A stretch of DNA of 63,998 nucleotides, counting the filler, from Octopus bimaculoides (lineage: Eukaryota), in the NCBI RefSeq assembly GCF_001194135.2. It is 5 parts of 4 records of this genome, joined end to end, with 100 filler letters (N's around TTAATTAATTAA, not from the genome) between each part and the next. Parts side by side here need not be neighbours in the genome. Positions count along the whole stretch, not along the records: positions 1 to 28,800 come from NC_068983.1; 4 more parts are not named here. One strand, 5' to 3'. Shown in pieces: positions 1-12,365 of the stretch (position 1 is the first letter of the stretch; every line of letters starts with the position of its first letter). Both the position numbers and the translations under genes were made by a program. The notes below the pieces were generated by a model. The model was not told the origin of the DNA. It saw nothing but the letters and a program-made list of their open reading frames with translations, and made no database searches.

Positions 1-138
1 ATATATATATATATATATATAGGCACATATAAGTACAGTCGTTAAGTCCCCATGAGTGCGGAATCTAGGGCAGGTCGTGCGTGAGCGTGTATATGATAAA
101 TAGAATAAGATAACAAGGCCAGATAATTTCATATTCCT

Positions 139-397
139 AGGTGATCTTACAGATGTTTCGGGGGAAATAAATGATATCCCAACAATAGAGACGATCTAAA
201 AGAGCTTCAATAGAAGGAATTTGTAGAGTTCATTTTCCTTCAAAACTTATATCTAATTTCTTGTATATCTCTCCCCCTATCCAGAATAGTTTGTAATAAA
301 ATGAACTCTACTAATTCCTTGTATTGAAGTCCTTTTGATACGAATCCGATGATGATGGGATATCATTCATTTCCCTGAAACATCTGTAAGAACACCT
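139..397. mobile_element. Fold-back MITE-like element with ~100-bp imperfect inverted arms
   Basis: 139-236 (aggtgatcttacagatgtttc...gtagagttcatttt) is the reverse complement of 298-397 (aaaatgaactctac...gaaacatctgtaagaacacct), with a ~60-bp spacer. Confidence 0.7.
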
Positions 398-427
398 GTT
401 TATTTATAAATGTCCTAGGAATATCAA

Positions 428-472
<45 letters not shown>

Positions 473-3329
473 NNNNNNNNNNNNNNNNNNNNNNNNNNNN
501 NNNNNNNNNNNNNNNNNNNNNNNNNNNNNNNNNNNNNNNNNNNNNNNNNNNNNNNNNNNNNNNNNNNNNNNNNNNNNNNNNNNNNNNNNNNNNNNNNNNN
601 NNNNNNNNNNNNNNNNNNNNNNNNNNNNNNNNNNNNNNNNNNNNNNNNNNNNNNNNNNNNNNNNNNNNNNNNNNNNNNNNNNNNNNNNNNNNNNNNNNNN
701 NNNNNNNNNNNNNNNNNNNNNNNNNNNNNNNNNNNNNNNNNNNNNNNNNNNNNNNNNNNNNNNNNNNNNNNNNNNNNNNNNNNNNNNNNNNNNNNNNNNN
801 NNNNNNNNNNNNNNNNNNNNNNNNNNNNNNNNNNNNNNNNNNNNNNNNNNNNNNNNNNNNNNNNNNNNNNNNNNNNNNNNNNNNNNNNNNNNNNNNNNNN
901 NNNNNNNNNNNNNNNNNNNNNNNNNNNNNNNNNNNNNNNNNNNNNNNNNNNNNNNNNNNNNNNNNNNNNNNNNNNNNNNNNNNNNNNNNNNNNNNNNNNN
1001 NNNNNNNNNNNNNNNNNNNNNNNNNNNNNNNNNNNNNNNNNNNNNNNNNNNNNNNNNNNNNNNNNNNNNNNNNNNNNNNNNNNNNNNNNNNNNNNNNNNN
1101 NNNNNNNNNNNNNNNNNNNNNNNNNNNNNNNNNNNNNNNNNNNNNNNNNNNNNNNNNTATGTATGTACATATATACAGAGAGAGAGAGAGAGAGAGGCGG
1201 AAAAGTTAGACAGAATCATACATGCCTACCTACTTACTTACCTAAATAGATACATACATACGTACATACATACATACATACATACATACATAAATGCAGA
1301 AATGAAACTGATTGATAACATACATACATAAGTACATACATATGAATGTGTATTTAAAAAGTTCGTCTATTATTTGTAATATTCGGTATGCTATGAATGA
1401 CTGTTGTGTGCAAAAGTAATGGAAGATAAAGGGAAAAATGGATAAGAGATAGCGCTATTCTAGGCGAGAACTAGAATGTGCGAATTCTAGCTACGTGTAG
1501 AGATAAGAAAGATAATGATTGATTATTTTTTGGGCATATAAATTTGGGGGTTTAATTTTAGATACTAAACTAACAGTGCAAGTGTTTTAAAACAGATACT
1601 TAGCACGGTGTCGAAATAAATTAAGGGTGCGCAGGAAATAAAAAAAAGAGACATGACATATTCATGGAAGTAATCGATAAAATTAAAGAACACATATACC
1701 AATGTATGTAATAAACTAAGTTTATGATCAGAACAGCGGTGTGTACAATGTTACCGTGTATATCAAAAAACATTGCTGGAGAGATGACTGCTTGTTTTTA
1801 AATGTTTTCTTTGCATCTACGTATGCGTTCATCATGCAAGCACACACATGCACAGAAGCACACACGTATGCACAAGCACCACACACATAGACACACACAT
1901 ATACACACAAAGACATGCACACATGCACGAATCCATATATATTTCTGTTTGTGAGAGAGAAATAGAGCGATAGTTTGGGTGTCTGGTCTGTGTGTATGCG
2001 TGTGTATGCGCTTCTATATACACAAAACCACAAACACATATGGGTATGTGTGTCTGCAACAACTGCACCATAACCTAAAATATAACTAATTACTAGTTAT
2101 ATGCAACAATGCTACTAAATTTCTGACGAACTGGTGCTAATAACATGCTAAAATATCGATCTAGACGCAATTAAATAAAATAGAGTTTTAAAGTTAGTAT
2201 AAAAATATGAGATTGTCGAAGTAGTTAAATTAACTCTTGTCTGAGAGCAGACACTGGAATGTAGCTCAACAACAAGGATTCTGAATGCAGAACGCATCTA
2301 TACATTGAATAACTCAAAATATAGATAAAAAGTAGAAAACATATATGTATAATTTACGTCGTAAATTTCACAATATAACAATTCTGATTAACAAGCACAA
2401 GCACCTCTTTATCAGTTACTCCATCACGGAACACTGTGGCTTCAATAGCAGCACATGCAATCTAATCTGCCTGAGTAATTCAAGACATAAAGGGAAGGGA
2501 CATGATTATATCTGAGATTGAAACAATTATCGATGACACATTACAAAATGTCTATATTTTTAAACAAGAAATGTTATGAAATTAACGTATATGTCTTTCC
2601 TGGTACACACCAATTCTTTATGCTGACTGACTTAAAAGAAATGGAATTTTGAACATGCAAAGAAAAATTGAATATGGAAAGACAATTTAAAATGAAACGA
2701 GAATAACTAGTCAGAAATTTTAATCCTATGTAATAATAACTGCCAACAAAAAATTAAATATATGTAAAAATGCATTAAAAAATTATTAATTAATCCATAT
2801 TCAATTAAAACTACGCAAACACAATCTACTAACCTTCATTACGCCAATAACCTACACTTTGCATATGTAACAGCGTAAATATTACTGCAAACTAACCGAA
2901 AACTGAAGCCCAAACATTAAAACGTAAAGGGATAAATGGAGATTTAATTACACTTTAAAAAATAACAAATTAAAATAGATATGTAAAGAACAGACCTAAA
3001 AGGTTCGTTATGAAGTCAGCATCATAACTGCAATAACATCATTATGAAGACACACGAACACTTACATAGACACACGGATATGCTTGTAGCTCATAGGGAA
3101 GATGCTGTGCAATCAATTGTTGTGCATCGTTGGTGTAGATTGTGTCTCTACAGGTGAGGTGACTTTTCAAAATATTATTTCTTGATATCACTTCTCGCCA
3201 TTTCACTTTTATTTAATTGCAATATGCCTATTCTTTGGACACGCTCATAGGTAACTCTTGCTCTGTAGTAATTATACTTGTTCTGCTGAGTTAGGCTAAT
3301 ACGGGTTTTTAAGTAGAAGCAACCTGCTA

Positions 3330-4350
3330 TTACTGTGTGCTTCGCCACATTCGCTGGAGACGACATTTTGTTTACAGAAATAACACCATTACACAGATGT
3401 ATGGAGAAATTTAGATAAAGACAAACCAACTTCGGAATGATGCCACACAGTAATGTCACCTGCGAGTGGTAAAATTAGTAAGCAGAGTTTGACACTTAGG
3501 ATCTCTTAGCTTGCTGTATAATTGAGCTGTGCTCAAAATCCATGACTGATGATGAGAACTATGTACATAAGAAAGAGAGTTCAACGTGTTTAGCTTACCA
3601 GGTGACACCCGATCCAAAGGATACAAGTCTAGAGGTCTGCTCACGTTTGTTGCCCTGGAAAAGTTTCAAGCATGAGAGGATATATCTTTTTAGGATCTGA
3701 TCATAGATGGTGAAATCTGTGTTTTTATTATCGGCACAGAAACGCTGAGCACGCGCCAGCGATTGACATAGAAAGTCATGGTCACAGTAAATCATGGAAA
3801 GACAAGGTCATCATTCCCCTTCATTTTCTAAACCATAGTGTACTGCACGAGCAGTATATTGAGACATTCGGTCATATTATGGACATTTTTTGGAAAAGAA
3901 GACTGAACTGTCAACATTTTCATTAAAAATCGCTATCAAACTCTACATCTGAATACAAATGAGGCAATCGCCAAATTAAGAGAGTTTACAACCTATATCT
4001 TATGACCTTGTCTTGTTTGGTCTAGCGAAAGATATTCTTTTTAGACAAAAATTAGATGATACACACTGTGAGTGGATACCATACTGAAACATTCGGTACT
4101 AATCTCAAGCATTGTGTTCAAAGTTAGGACGAATCCATCGCTTAGGATGAAAGCTAATTTAGTAGTGATTCTCTGTAGGGTAAACGTTTCTCTAGCAGTA
4201 TGTGAAATCTACAAGTCATCTGCATGCAAATCAACATACCTCGCAGACTACGTCTGTAGGACAGAACAGGCCCACAAAACTGCACTACTGGGGACAACTA
4301 GGATTTTGAGAATTGTGTTTGCGTGTTTAGTGTTTTTGCCGACAAGTTAG
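3330..4350 (+). pseudogene. Highly degenerate non-LTR retrotransposon remnant (RT-like and RLE C-terminal traces)
   Basis: FAGDDILF near 3350-3370 resembles the RT YADD motif. HKTALLGTTRILRIVF near 4272-4320 matches the C-terminal LQKxxLLGTARILRxVL motif seen in other copies in this window. Many stops lie in between. Confidence 0.4.
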
Positions 4351-4530
4351 CATCCAAGTACCAAAAGTAACAGTCTTCGGAAAGAGACTCTTTGAGACAT
4401 CTGACAAGAAATTGCTGTTCCCTCTCACAGAATCTACCAGAGAAAGTAAGACCGCGAGAGCTGTGAGAAGTAAACAAACAATAATAATGATGACGAGAAA
4501 CAGAAAGTAGAAGGTCTGATTTAGTGGTAT

Positions 4531-4597
<67 letters not shown>

Positions 4598-4624
4598 AGT
4601 GTTGTAGTAGTAAACAAAGAGAAT

Positions 4625-4985
4625 AAAAAGTATCAGGGCCAGATGATTGATTCTACAGTTTCAAATGATGTGAAAGTCAATATTAGAGGTATATAGATGG
4701 CAAGGTACTACCACTTAATCATTGAGTTACACAGGCTATACAAAATGAGGGTAAAATGAATACCTGCAATTATAGATTCATTAGGATCTATTCCTAACGA
4801 CTGGAAGAGATAGAGAGGAAAAAAAGGTATAAAATTTAGTTTAGAGCAGCTCAACAGAACAGTATTATTAGAGTCAGCAAGGATACTTAGGAATGTTCTT
4901 GGTATTTGAAGGGGCTTGTTTTGGCCCGATGATAGGAAATTTTCTGTCCAAAACAGTTTAATGTGTTGCGTGTATGTGAAATGAT
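4625..4985 (+). mobile_element. 3' fragment of an R4/Dong-like RLE non-LTR retrotransposon
   Basis: Translates as ARYYHLIIELHRLYKMRVK*IPAIIDSLGSIP...EQLNRTVLLESARILRNVLGI*, homologous to 37130-37335. It is preceded by a (TAG)n tract and followed by (GAT)n/(AAT)n. Confidence 0.75.
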
Positions 4986-5032
4986 AATGATAATGATGAT
5001 GATGATGATGATAATAATAATAACAATAATAA

Positions 5033-5583
5033 ATGCCCTGATGAGTACCAGGCAGAGGCTCTCGTGGCTTCTGATCTTAACTGATTGGAAGTGTTATCAT
5101 ATACATTGTTATGTCATGGTATAAAAGATGGTCTACAGCAAATATTCTGCTCAATACCACACATTTGTTTGTCAATTACTTGACCTTAACCAGATGAGCA
5201 TGTCCTTCGGTGGCTGACGATATGTGCATCTCTGTTCATGAGCAGAAGTAGTGGTGGAGCATCATAGCCATATGTTGAAATGAATTCTGTGGGGTTGGAT
5301 AATTCACCTTTGCAAACATGGGTGTTTCCTTCAACATCATTAAACAACCGTTATTCAGGGGTTTCTTGAGAGTGAGGAGCGACACGACCTGAAGATAATT
5401 CTAACTGGGCTTCACCTGCAATATCATGCGCTATTTATCTTGATAAGAGATCATTGTGTCGCGCACATATGGTTGTGATGCATGCGCCTGGTGTACCCTT
5501 ATCAGACGGGTAGTCATGATAGGTATACTGGGTTTCGTATATTTTACCCAGTTTCACATTTATAGCATGCACTGCTCTCTCAC

Positions 5584-5586
<3 letters not shown>
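5033..5586. repeat. ~550-bp non-coding segment bounded by (AAT)n on both sides; probable interspersed repeat
   Basis: Higher GC than its flanks, with AAT tracts at both ends and no convincing ORF. It resembles a high-copy octopus repeat from my recollection only; there is a single copy in this window. Confidence 0.4.
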
Positions 5587-5643
<57 letters not shown>

Positions 5644-5669
5644 TATACATATACATATATATATATATA

Positions 5670-5762
<93 letters not shown>

Positions 5763-7247
5763 ATTAGTTGGTCAGACATACATTTTTAAAGTGCAGGGTA
5801 TATTTTCAATTGATGGAAAAATATTTCAATGTTCATAAAATAAACATCATCTATATCTTCAGGCAACCAATAAGTAAAGAGATATGCGAAAGTGCTGAGT
5901 TTAGCGACATTGTACTATAATATGTTTCACTTAAAGCCTGTAGAATAAGCAAATTCTTGTGGTAACAGAGACTTTCCTGTCCTGCATTGAATACGTGTGA
6001 TAAATTTCAAATTCTCCTGTTGCGTTTGTTTGTTCAAATGATACAGTTTTCTATTTTGAAATATATATTTACAAGTCATTTCTTGCGAGAATTATCTGTC
6101 TTCCTTCCAATTTACATTTAACATGAACACCATACACGACAATCTGTTGTCAGCTCAGAATCATCTCAAACCGCATCCTGTTTTGTATTCTATTAGCTAG
6201 ACCACATTCATCCTTGACATTATTTTACTATTGCTTTCTTCTTCACCACTCTTCGTCCTCCCAGTTACATTGGCTCTGTGCTCATCGTTTTCTCTGGTAC
6301 TTTTTCTTTATCACACATTTCTTTTGGAAACTCCGATTTGCTTGAGTCCTTCCTGCATGCATAGGCCAGTAATAATTTGAAAGGACCATTAGCGATGTTG
6401 AGCCCACCGGTGTCGGAAGGCCTGCAAGGAGATTATCAATATCCCTCCTGTAAAATCTATAAATATGAAAGGAAATCATGTTAGCTGATATCATGGTTCT
6501 TCCCAAATATTTTTAATGAAATTTTTATATAATATTTTACATCCCAAGAAACGAATTTCTCAGCCATCTCATTTTACATTGATTTAAAATATCCACACAA
6601 ATTTAATCAATACGGAATTCGTATTTCTTTTACTTTTCTTGCAATATGTATTTGATAGATTATATCTAGAAATATCGCTACTGTTTTCTTTAGCAATAAC
6701 TAGCTATTATCTTTAGCAATAACAGACATGGAATGAAAACATTGTGTTCATTTAGAAATAATAGTGTTTTAAACATCATTTCGTACGGGAATAATCTAAT
6801 TCAAATTAGTGTGAAAATATTTAAGATGTCGTTAGTAAAGAGAAGATATTTAAGGTAATAATGAAGGTGTGGTTACGTTGACTGCATTACAAAATAAAAT
6901 GGTAAATCTGAAAATAAGAAAAAAAAACAAAACAAATTAGACTGTGAGTTGTTTGGAGGGGTTTTGTAACATTTGAATACTCTATCTTATCTATTCAGCT
7001 ACTCTCCAAATGTATTGGAGCCAATCAAATTACATTTGCTTTACATTTTCTCTGGGAAATTTTCAAATTAACTCTATAGCGAAACATGTATTTTCTATTA
7101 TATATTAATTACTTATCATCATACAGTCGAAGATAGAAAGATGTCATTAAAATATATTGAACTGTTTAACTTTTCCGCTACTTTCACCACTTATAGAAAG
7201 AATTCGGTAAAATAGATGACTGAAATCCACAATAATTGTTCTTTCAG

Positions 7248-7360
7248 AGCGTACCTCCAAATAAATTCATGGCATTGGTCCTCCTTCACAGAGACGAACA
7301 TGCTCAAGTGGCACATGGTGGGCCGCCGTTTATTATATGGCATAGGTTATATATTTTTAT
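7248..7360 (+). CDS. Tyrosinase-like gene, internal exon encoding the CuA site (SVPPNKFMALVLLHRDEHAQVAHGGPPFIIWHRLYIF/M)
   Basis: Acceptor ttctttcAG at 7246-7247 and donor GTAAGT at 7361. The 113-nt exon has a phase-2 end (AT) that joins the G at 10478 to give Met. H-x8-H-x8-H with AHGGP-F-x-WHR-x-Y is the tyrosinase CuA motif. Not in the ORF track because it lacks its own start. Confidence 0.92.
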
Positions 7361-10300
7361 GTAAGTCCCCTTTCATTTTCAGTTTTGTATCTCTGATTCC
7401 CGATGTGAACAGACACTTTATTGAATTATATGAAGTGAAACATTGTACGAAATATTGTACACGTTGTTTTTCATAGATGGAAATGTTGCCTGAACAGTTT
7501 TACAATGAAAGTCAATTTAGCTTTTAAAACGTGCCTTATGATTATGTTGGATCAAACTTAAACGTCTGGAGAAGAAAATGGGGTTCATTGGAAATAGCGA
7601 TAATCAACATTGTAAAAGAAAATTCGCTCTTAATATTTAGAAGTTATATTTTCATTGCGCATATTTGATACAAATTATGTATAGACAGACACTGGGTATT
7701 AATAGAAACTATAAATGAAACGAATGAAATCGAAGTAGCTGAAATCGTCTGAGGAAAGTAGAACTTTTCATTAAATTGTCTCTTATATTTTTGAGGAGAT
7801 TGAACTTTACTTTCACAATTAAAACACACTTTAGAATATCCATTTCAAACTATTTACAGTAAGAAATAATTGGCATTACTCGTATAACTTAAATTGTATA
7901 AACGAAACTACGAGTTGTTTTCTGACCTGCTACGTATAGAAGTGAGTTTCCATTATATCACACCACACTATTTTACGAAATATACAGCTTATTTAGACAG
8001 TCGAGCATAGGCAGCCTTGCATTATCCAACTATTCTTTCAATACTGTCCCCGAGTTAAACAGTAGTAGTAATAAATGATGGATGCGCTTTCACGATCCAC
8101 TTAACTGGTACAAAAATAATGAAATGATTAATAAATACGTCGATTTAATAAAGAATCAGCCAATATTCTTCTACCCGTTCTGATTCACAATCTTGAAAAT
8201 TTCCGGTAATTATACGGATCAGTTTCAGAGAGTGCCCTGTCAGAGAATCTTAAACAATAATCTTCATTCCACAAGCATTGCTTCCTGCAATTGTGGAGAT
8301 TTCAGTAGAGTTGTCTGGGTAGAAATGCAAACAACAAGTATTGATGCACATGATATCTATTGGCATTGCTGTTTGCATAAATTATATACCGTCTTCATAT
8401 TACATATTTGATTATGGTTGCTGTGTTGCAGTAGAAATACATCAATAATCTGGTTAAAAATTTAATGGGTAATTATAATTTGTCATTCGATTTTGCTTTA
8501 CTGTTATGTTATCTTTCTGTTCCCATGTGAAGAAATGGTTAACCTTGTACAAAAATCACGTATTTCGTATTTCTAACGCTAAATGACCAGACCCTGGGAA
8601 GTAAAAGTAATGTTTTGTTAACTGTTCTATGCAGCACAGTATCCAAGACCATACTTTTAAAACAATACCATATTTTTTACGAAAAATTGTAAGGTAACAT
8701 ATCAACACTTGATTTATCCAGTGCCATGATAGTGTATATTTAAATAGAAATTGTATCTTTTCATAGACTTTTTTTTGTTCATGCAACATAAATTATGTCA
8801 CTTATTTGTTTTCCATTTCATTGTCATTCTGTTCTCATTCTTGTTTCCCCTGTCAAAATCTCTCTGGTTATTCATTTCTTTCCTTTTTCCTTTCGTTGTC
8901 AAACTTTTCCAACATTTTCATACTTTTTTCTGAAATATATTTGTTTCTATTTTCTTTTTATCGTTTCTTAAATTATGGGAGATTCTTTTTTAAGACATTG
9001 CCTTAAGAACTATTCCGGCATTTGAATAGCTTTAATAGTTTTCATTTCCTATGCAGGATCTCTAGCGATCGTAAATATACTTAACTAAGACCGGGCCTGC
9101 TTGTTATAGTATCATCGCTTGCTAGAAGTGAAAGTGGATATTCACTCCTGTACCTGTCAAGAAACGGCAGCCGAAGCTGTGTGAAATCCCACCATGCCAC
9201 ATTTACAAGCCATCTTAGATAACGTGTCTAAGAAGTCTCATCACTGACTAGTTAATATAATGGTCGAGCAACGCTAGTGGAGAGTAAAACAAAATGACAA
9301 CAAAAGCCCATTTAATGTTTTCTCACTATTCCAGCATTTGTTTGATGAAACAACATAAATTACCTCAGAGAAATATTCACATTAGTTCAAAGTATAGAAG
9401 GTGAAATACATCACATACATTTATATATTTGTAGCATTCTCAAACTTTTACATGTATTGAGATCATATTTTACAAATAAAATGTTTTCACCACTATTCTC
9501 ATACGAATGGCACTCGTGAAGATATCGATACTATATTGAGACACCATATTTTTACATATCTGAGTTGTATATAACCGAAAGCAAGATTCGAACCTTTTGG
9601 AATTCTTATCTCACAATCTATATTTTGAAATAGTCGTAACTATTAAAACATCCTTCACTACATATAATATTTCAAAAGCTTTCTACTTTTGAAGAATCTC
9701 AATAGTGAATCAGAATATCCAATTTGATCTTACACTTTCCGATGTAAACCCCGACAAATTGTTCCTACGGTATTTACGATGACCTACACTTTTCCCGGTC
9801 ACTCTCTTCAGCATATTTCTGATCCTTCTTCTGAATTTTTCCCCCAGTATGCCGTTTGTGCTTCTTTAATTCTGCTCTATTTGAACTTCCATCTCAACAG
9901 AAATTTCATCTTGATTTTCTAATTTAATGCAACTGTACACACGTAAATGAGAGAGGAAAATTTGTGGCTTCTGTGTATTTCATAATGCGGTAATTCAGTA
10001 GATACAAGCGAGAATGATAAACGTAGTCAATGTTATGATTAATTGGATTTTTAAGGTTTGACATAGTATTTTCGCTCAGGCAAAAATAATATCTTAGATG
10101 TTTCGATACAAATCTGTTGAATTGTAACATAGTTTCACATTTACTGTTAAAAACATATTTAAAAATCCTTGAACTTCTACATTAGACTAGCAACCTCGCT
10201 TTAAATAAGCTATATTCAATTACAATTAGTCCTATAGTAAATAGCTGCGATTCATCTGAGATACAAGTTTACTGCTTAGATTTACTAACGAATCTCAACA

Positions 10301-10477
10301 TTATAGCATCGAGAGAAAACATTTCTAATGTTGATTAATATATGTTGTAAATCGCAAAACATGATGAACATTACGCTTGGTTTTGTCTGTTGCACATCTA
10401 GATATAAGTTTGTATACGTTGTTTTTAATGCACTACAAACATTTCTCATGATTGAATAATTGTAATTACTTCTTTAG

Positions 10478-10623
10478 GTTTGAGGAAGCTTTACGCCAGA
10501 TTAACAGCAATATTACTCTTCCGTATTGGGATATGACTATAGACAAACGACTTCCTGATGCAGCGATATCCAATATTTGGACAGAAGATTTCATTGGAAA
10601 CGGCTTTGGTAGAATAACAAATG
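10478..10623 (+). CDS. Tyrosinase-like gene, internal exon (FEEALRQINSNITLPYWDMTIDKRLPDAAISNIWTEDFIGNGFGRITN/G)
   Basis: Acceptor ttctttAG at 10476-10477 and donor GTAAGT at 10624; 146 nt. Encodes the FExALR...LPYWD and IW-x-x-x-F-x-GNG motifs that follow CuA in tyrosinases. In frame with both neighbouring exons. Confidence 0.93.
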
Positions 10624-11304
10624 GTAAGTAATAGAGTAAGATGCTATTATGATGCATTACTGTGATTAGTGTACATGTAACATTCCTAGGCTGCGTTTCT
10701 AGTATTATACATAGAGTTATATTTTGGTTAAAACTTCGTAAAAGTATATATATCTACGAAAAGACAGTTGATGTTTCAGAAAACAAGTACTAATGTGTCA
10801 AGTAAACAATCAATAGCCAGTTAACATAACTTCATAATGAGGGCCAAATTTGTTTCTCATTAATGTGGCCAGGAGAGTGATGAAACCGAGAAGGTTGATT
10901 GAAAAGATATAATGCCAATTCAATATATAAACATACATACCTATATATATATATATATATATAATGTATATTACCACTTAAAGGCAAGATAAAATTCATT
11001 AAACATATATTGATCTATAATATTGTATTTATATCCGATATGATAAGAGATACATCAATATAGTTATAGAAATATATAAATCACACTGTTTTCAAACCGA
11101 TATATCAAAGTGCATCCAGTTTTCCGACCAGGTGAACCAAAAATAAATTTTATTAGTTGCCCTTGTCAATTGTAATGTATGTCCTAAAGGAAATATGCAT
11201 ACCAATGAAGTACCACTATTGGTCACCTAGTTCAATCAAATAGATATATATTAAATACTTATGAAATATATGTAAACAGAAAATGTTATTTCTTCACTTC
11301 TGCT

Positions 11305-11353
<49 letters not shown>

Positions 11354-12365
11354 NNNNNNNNNNNNNNNNNNNNNNNNNNNNNNNNNNNNNNNNNNNNNNN
11401 NNNNNNNNNNNNNNNNNNNNNNNNNNNNNNNNNNNNNNNNNNNNNNNNNNNNNNNNNNNNNNNNNNNNNNNNNNNNNNNNNNNNNNNNNNNNNNNNNNNN
11501 NNNNNNNNNNNNNNNNNNNNNNNNNNNNNNNNNNNNNNNNNNNNNNNNNNNNNNNNNNNNNNNNNNNNNNNNNNNNNNNNNNNNNNNNNNNNNNNNNNNN
11601 NNNNNNNNNNNNNNNNNNNNNNNNNNNNNNNNNNNNNNNNNNNNNNNNNNNNNNNNNNNNNNNNNNNNNNNNNNNNNNNNNNNNNNNNNNNNNNNNNNNN
11701 NNNNNNNNNNNNNNNNNNNNNNNNNNNNNNNNNNNNNNNNNNNNNNNNNNNNNNNNNNNNNNNNNNNNNNNNNNNNNNNNNNNNNNNNNNNNNNNNNNNN
11801 NNNNNNNNNNNNNNNNNNNNNNNNNNNNNNNNNNNNNNNNNNNNNNNNNNNNNNNNNNNNNNNNNNNNNNNNNNNNNNNNNNNNNNNNNNNNNNNNNNNN
11901 NNNNNNNNNNNNNNNNNNNNNNNNNNNNNNNNNNNNNNNNNNNNNNNNNNNNNNNNNNNNNNNNNNNNNNNNNNNNNNNNNNNNNNNNNNNNNNNNNNNN
12001 NNNNNNNNNNNNNNNNNNNNNNNNNNNNNNNNNNNNNNNNNNNNNNNNNNNNNNNNNNNNNNNNNNNNNNNNNNNNNNNNNNNNNNNNNNNNNNNNNNNN
12101 NNNNNNNNNNNNNNNNNNNNNNNNNNNNNNNNNNNNNNNNNNNNNNNNNNNNNNNNNNNNNNNNNNNNNNNNNNNNNNNNNNNNNNNNNNNNNNNNNNNN
12201 NNNNNNNNNNNNNNNNNNNNNNNNNNNNNNNNNNNNNNNNNNNNNNNNNNNNNNNNNNNNNNNNNNNNNNNNNNNNNNNNNNNNNAAAAGATTAATAAAT
12301 AATTTTCTCTTTTCTGCACTATATTATCGTAACATAATGTCTATTTTGTTGTCTTCATTATATAG

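Noticed and set aside
404-1331. Long ORFs spanning N runs (also 11283-12319, 16953-17812, 22252-23422, 32353-32913, 43896-44234, 46241-46765, 52890-53690)
   Set aside because: Open only because N codons contain no stops; the flanks are (TA)n/(CA)n translations.
1604-1710. RVRRK...RHDIFMEVIDKIKEH as the missing tyrosinase N-terminal exon
   Set aside because: Needs a frameshift, contains a stop, has the wrong spacing and lacks usable splice sites.
9040-9260. Extra tyrosinase exon behind the acceptor at about 9056
   Set aside because: Stops within 11 codons in all three frames; the flanking exons already join in frame.
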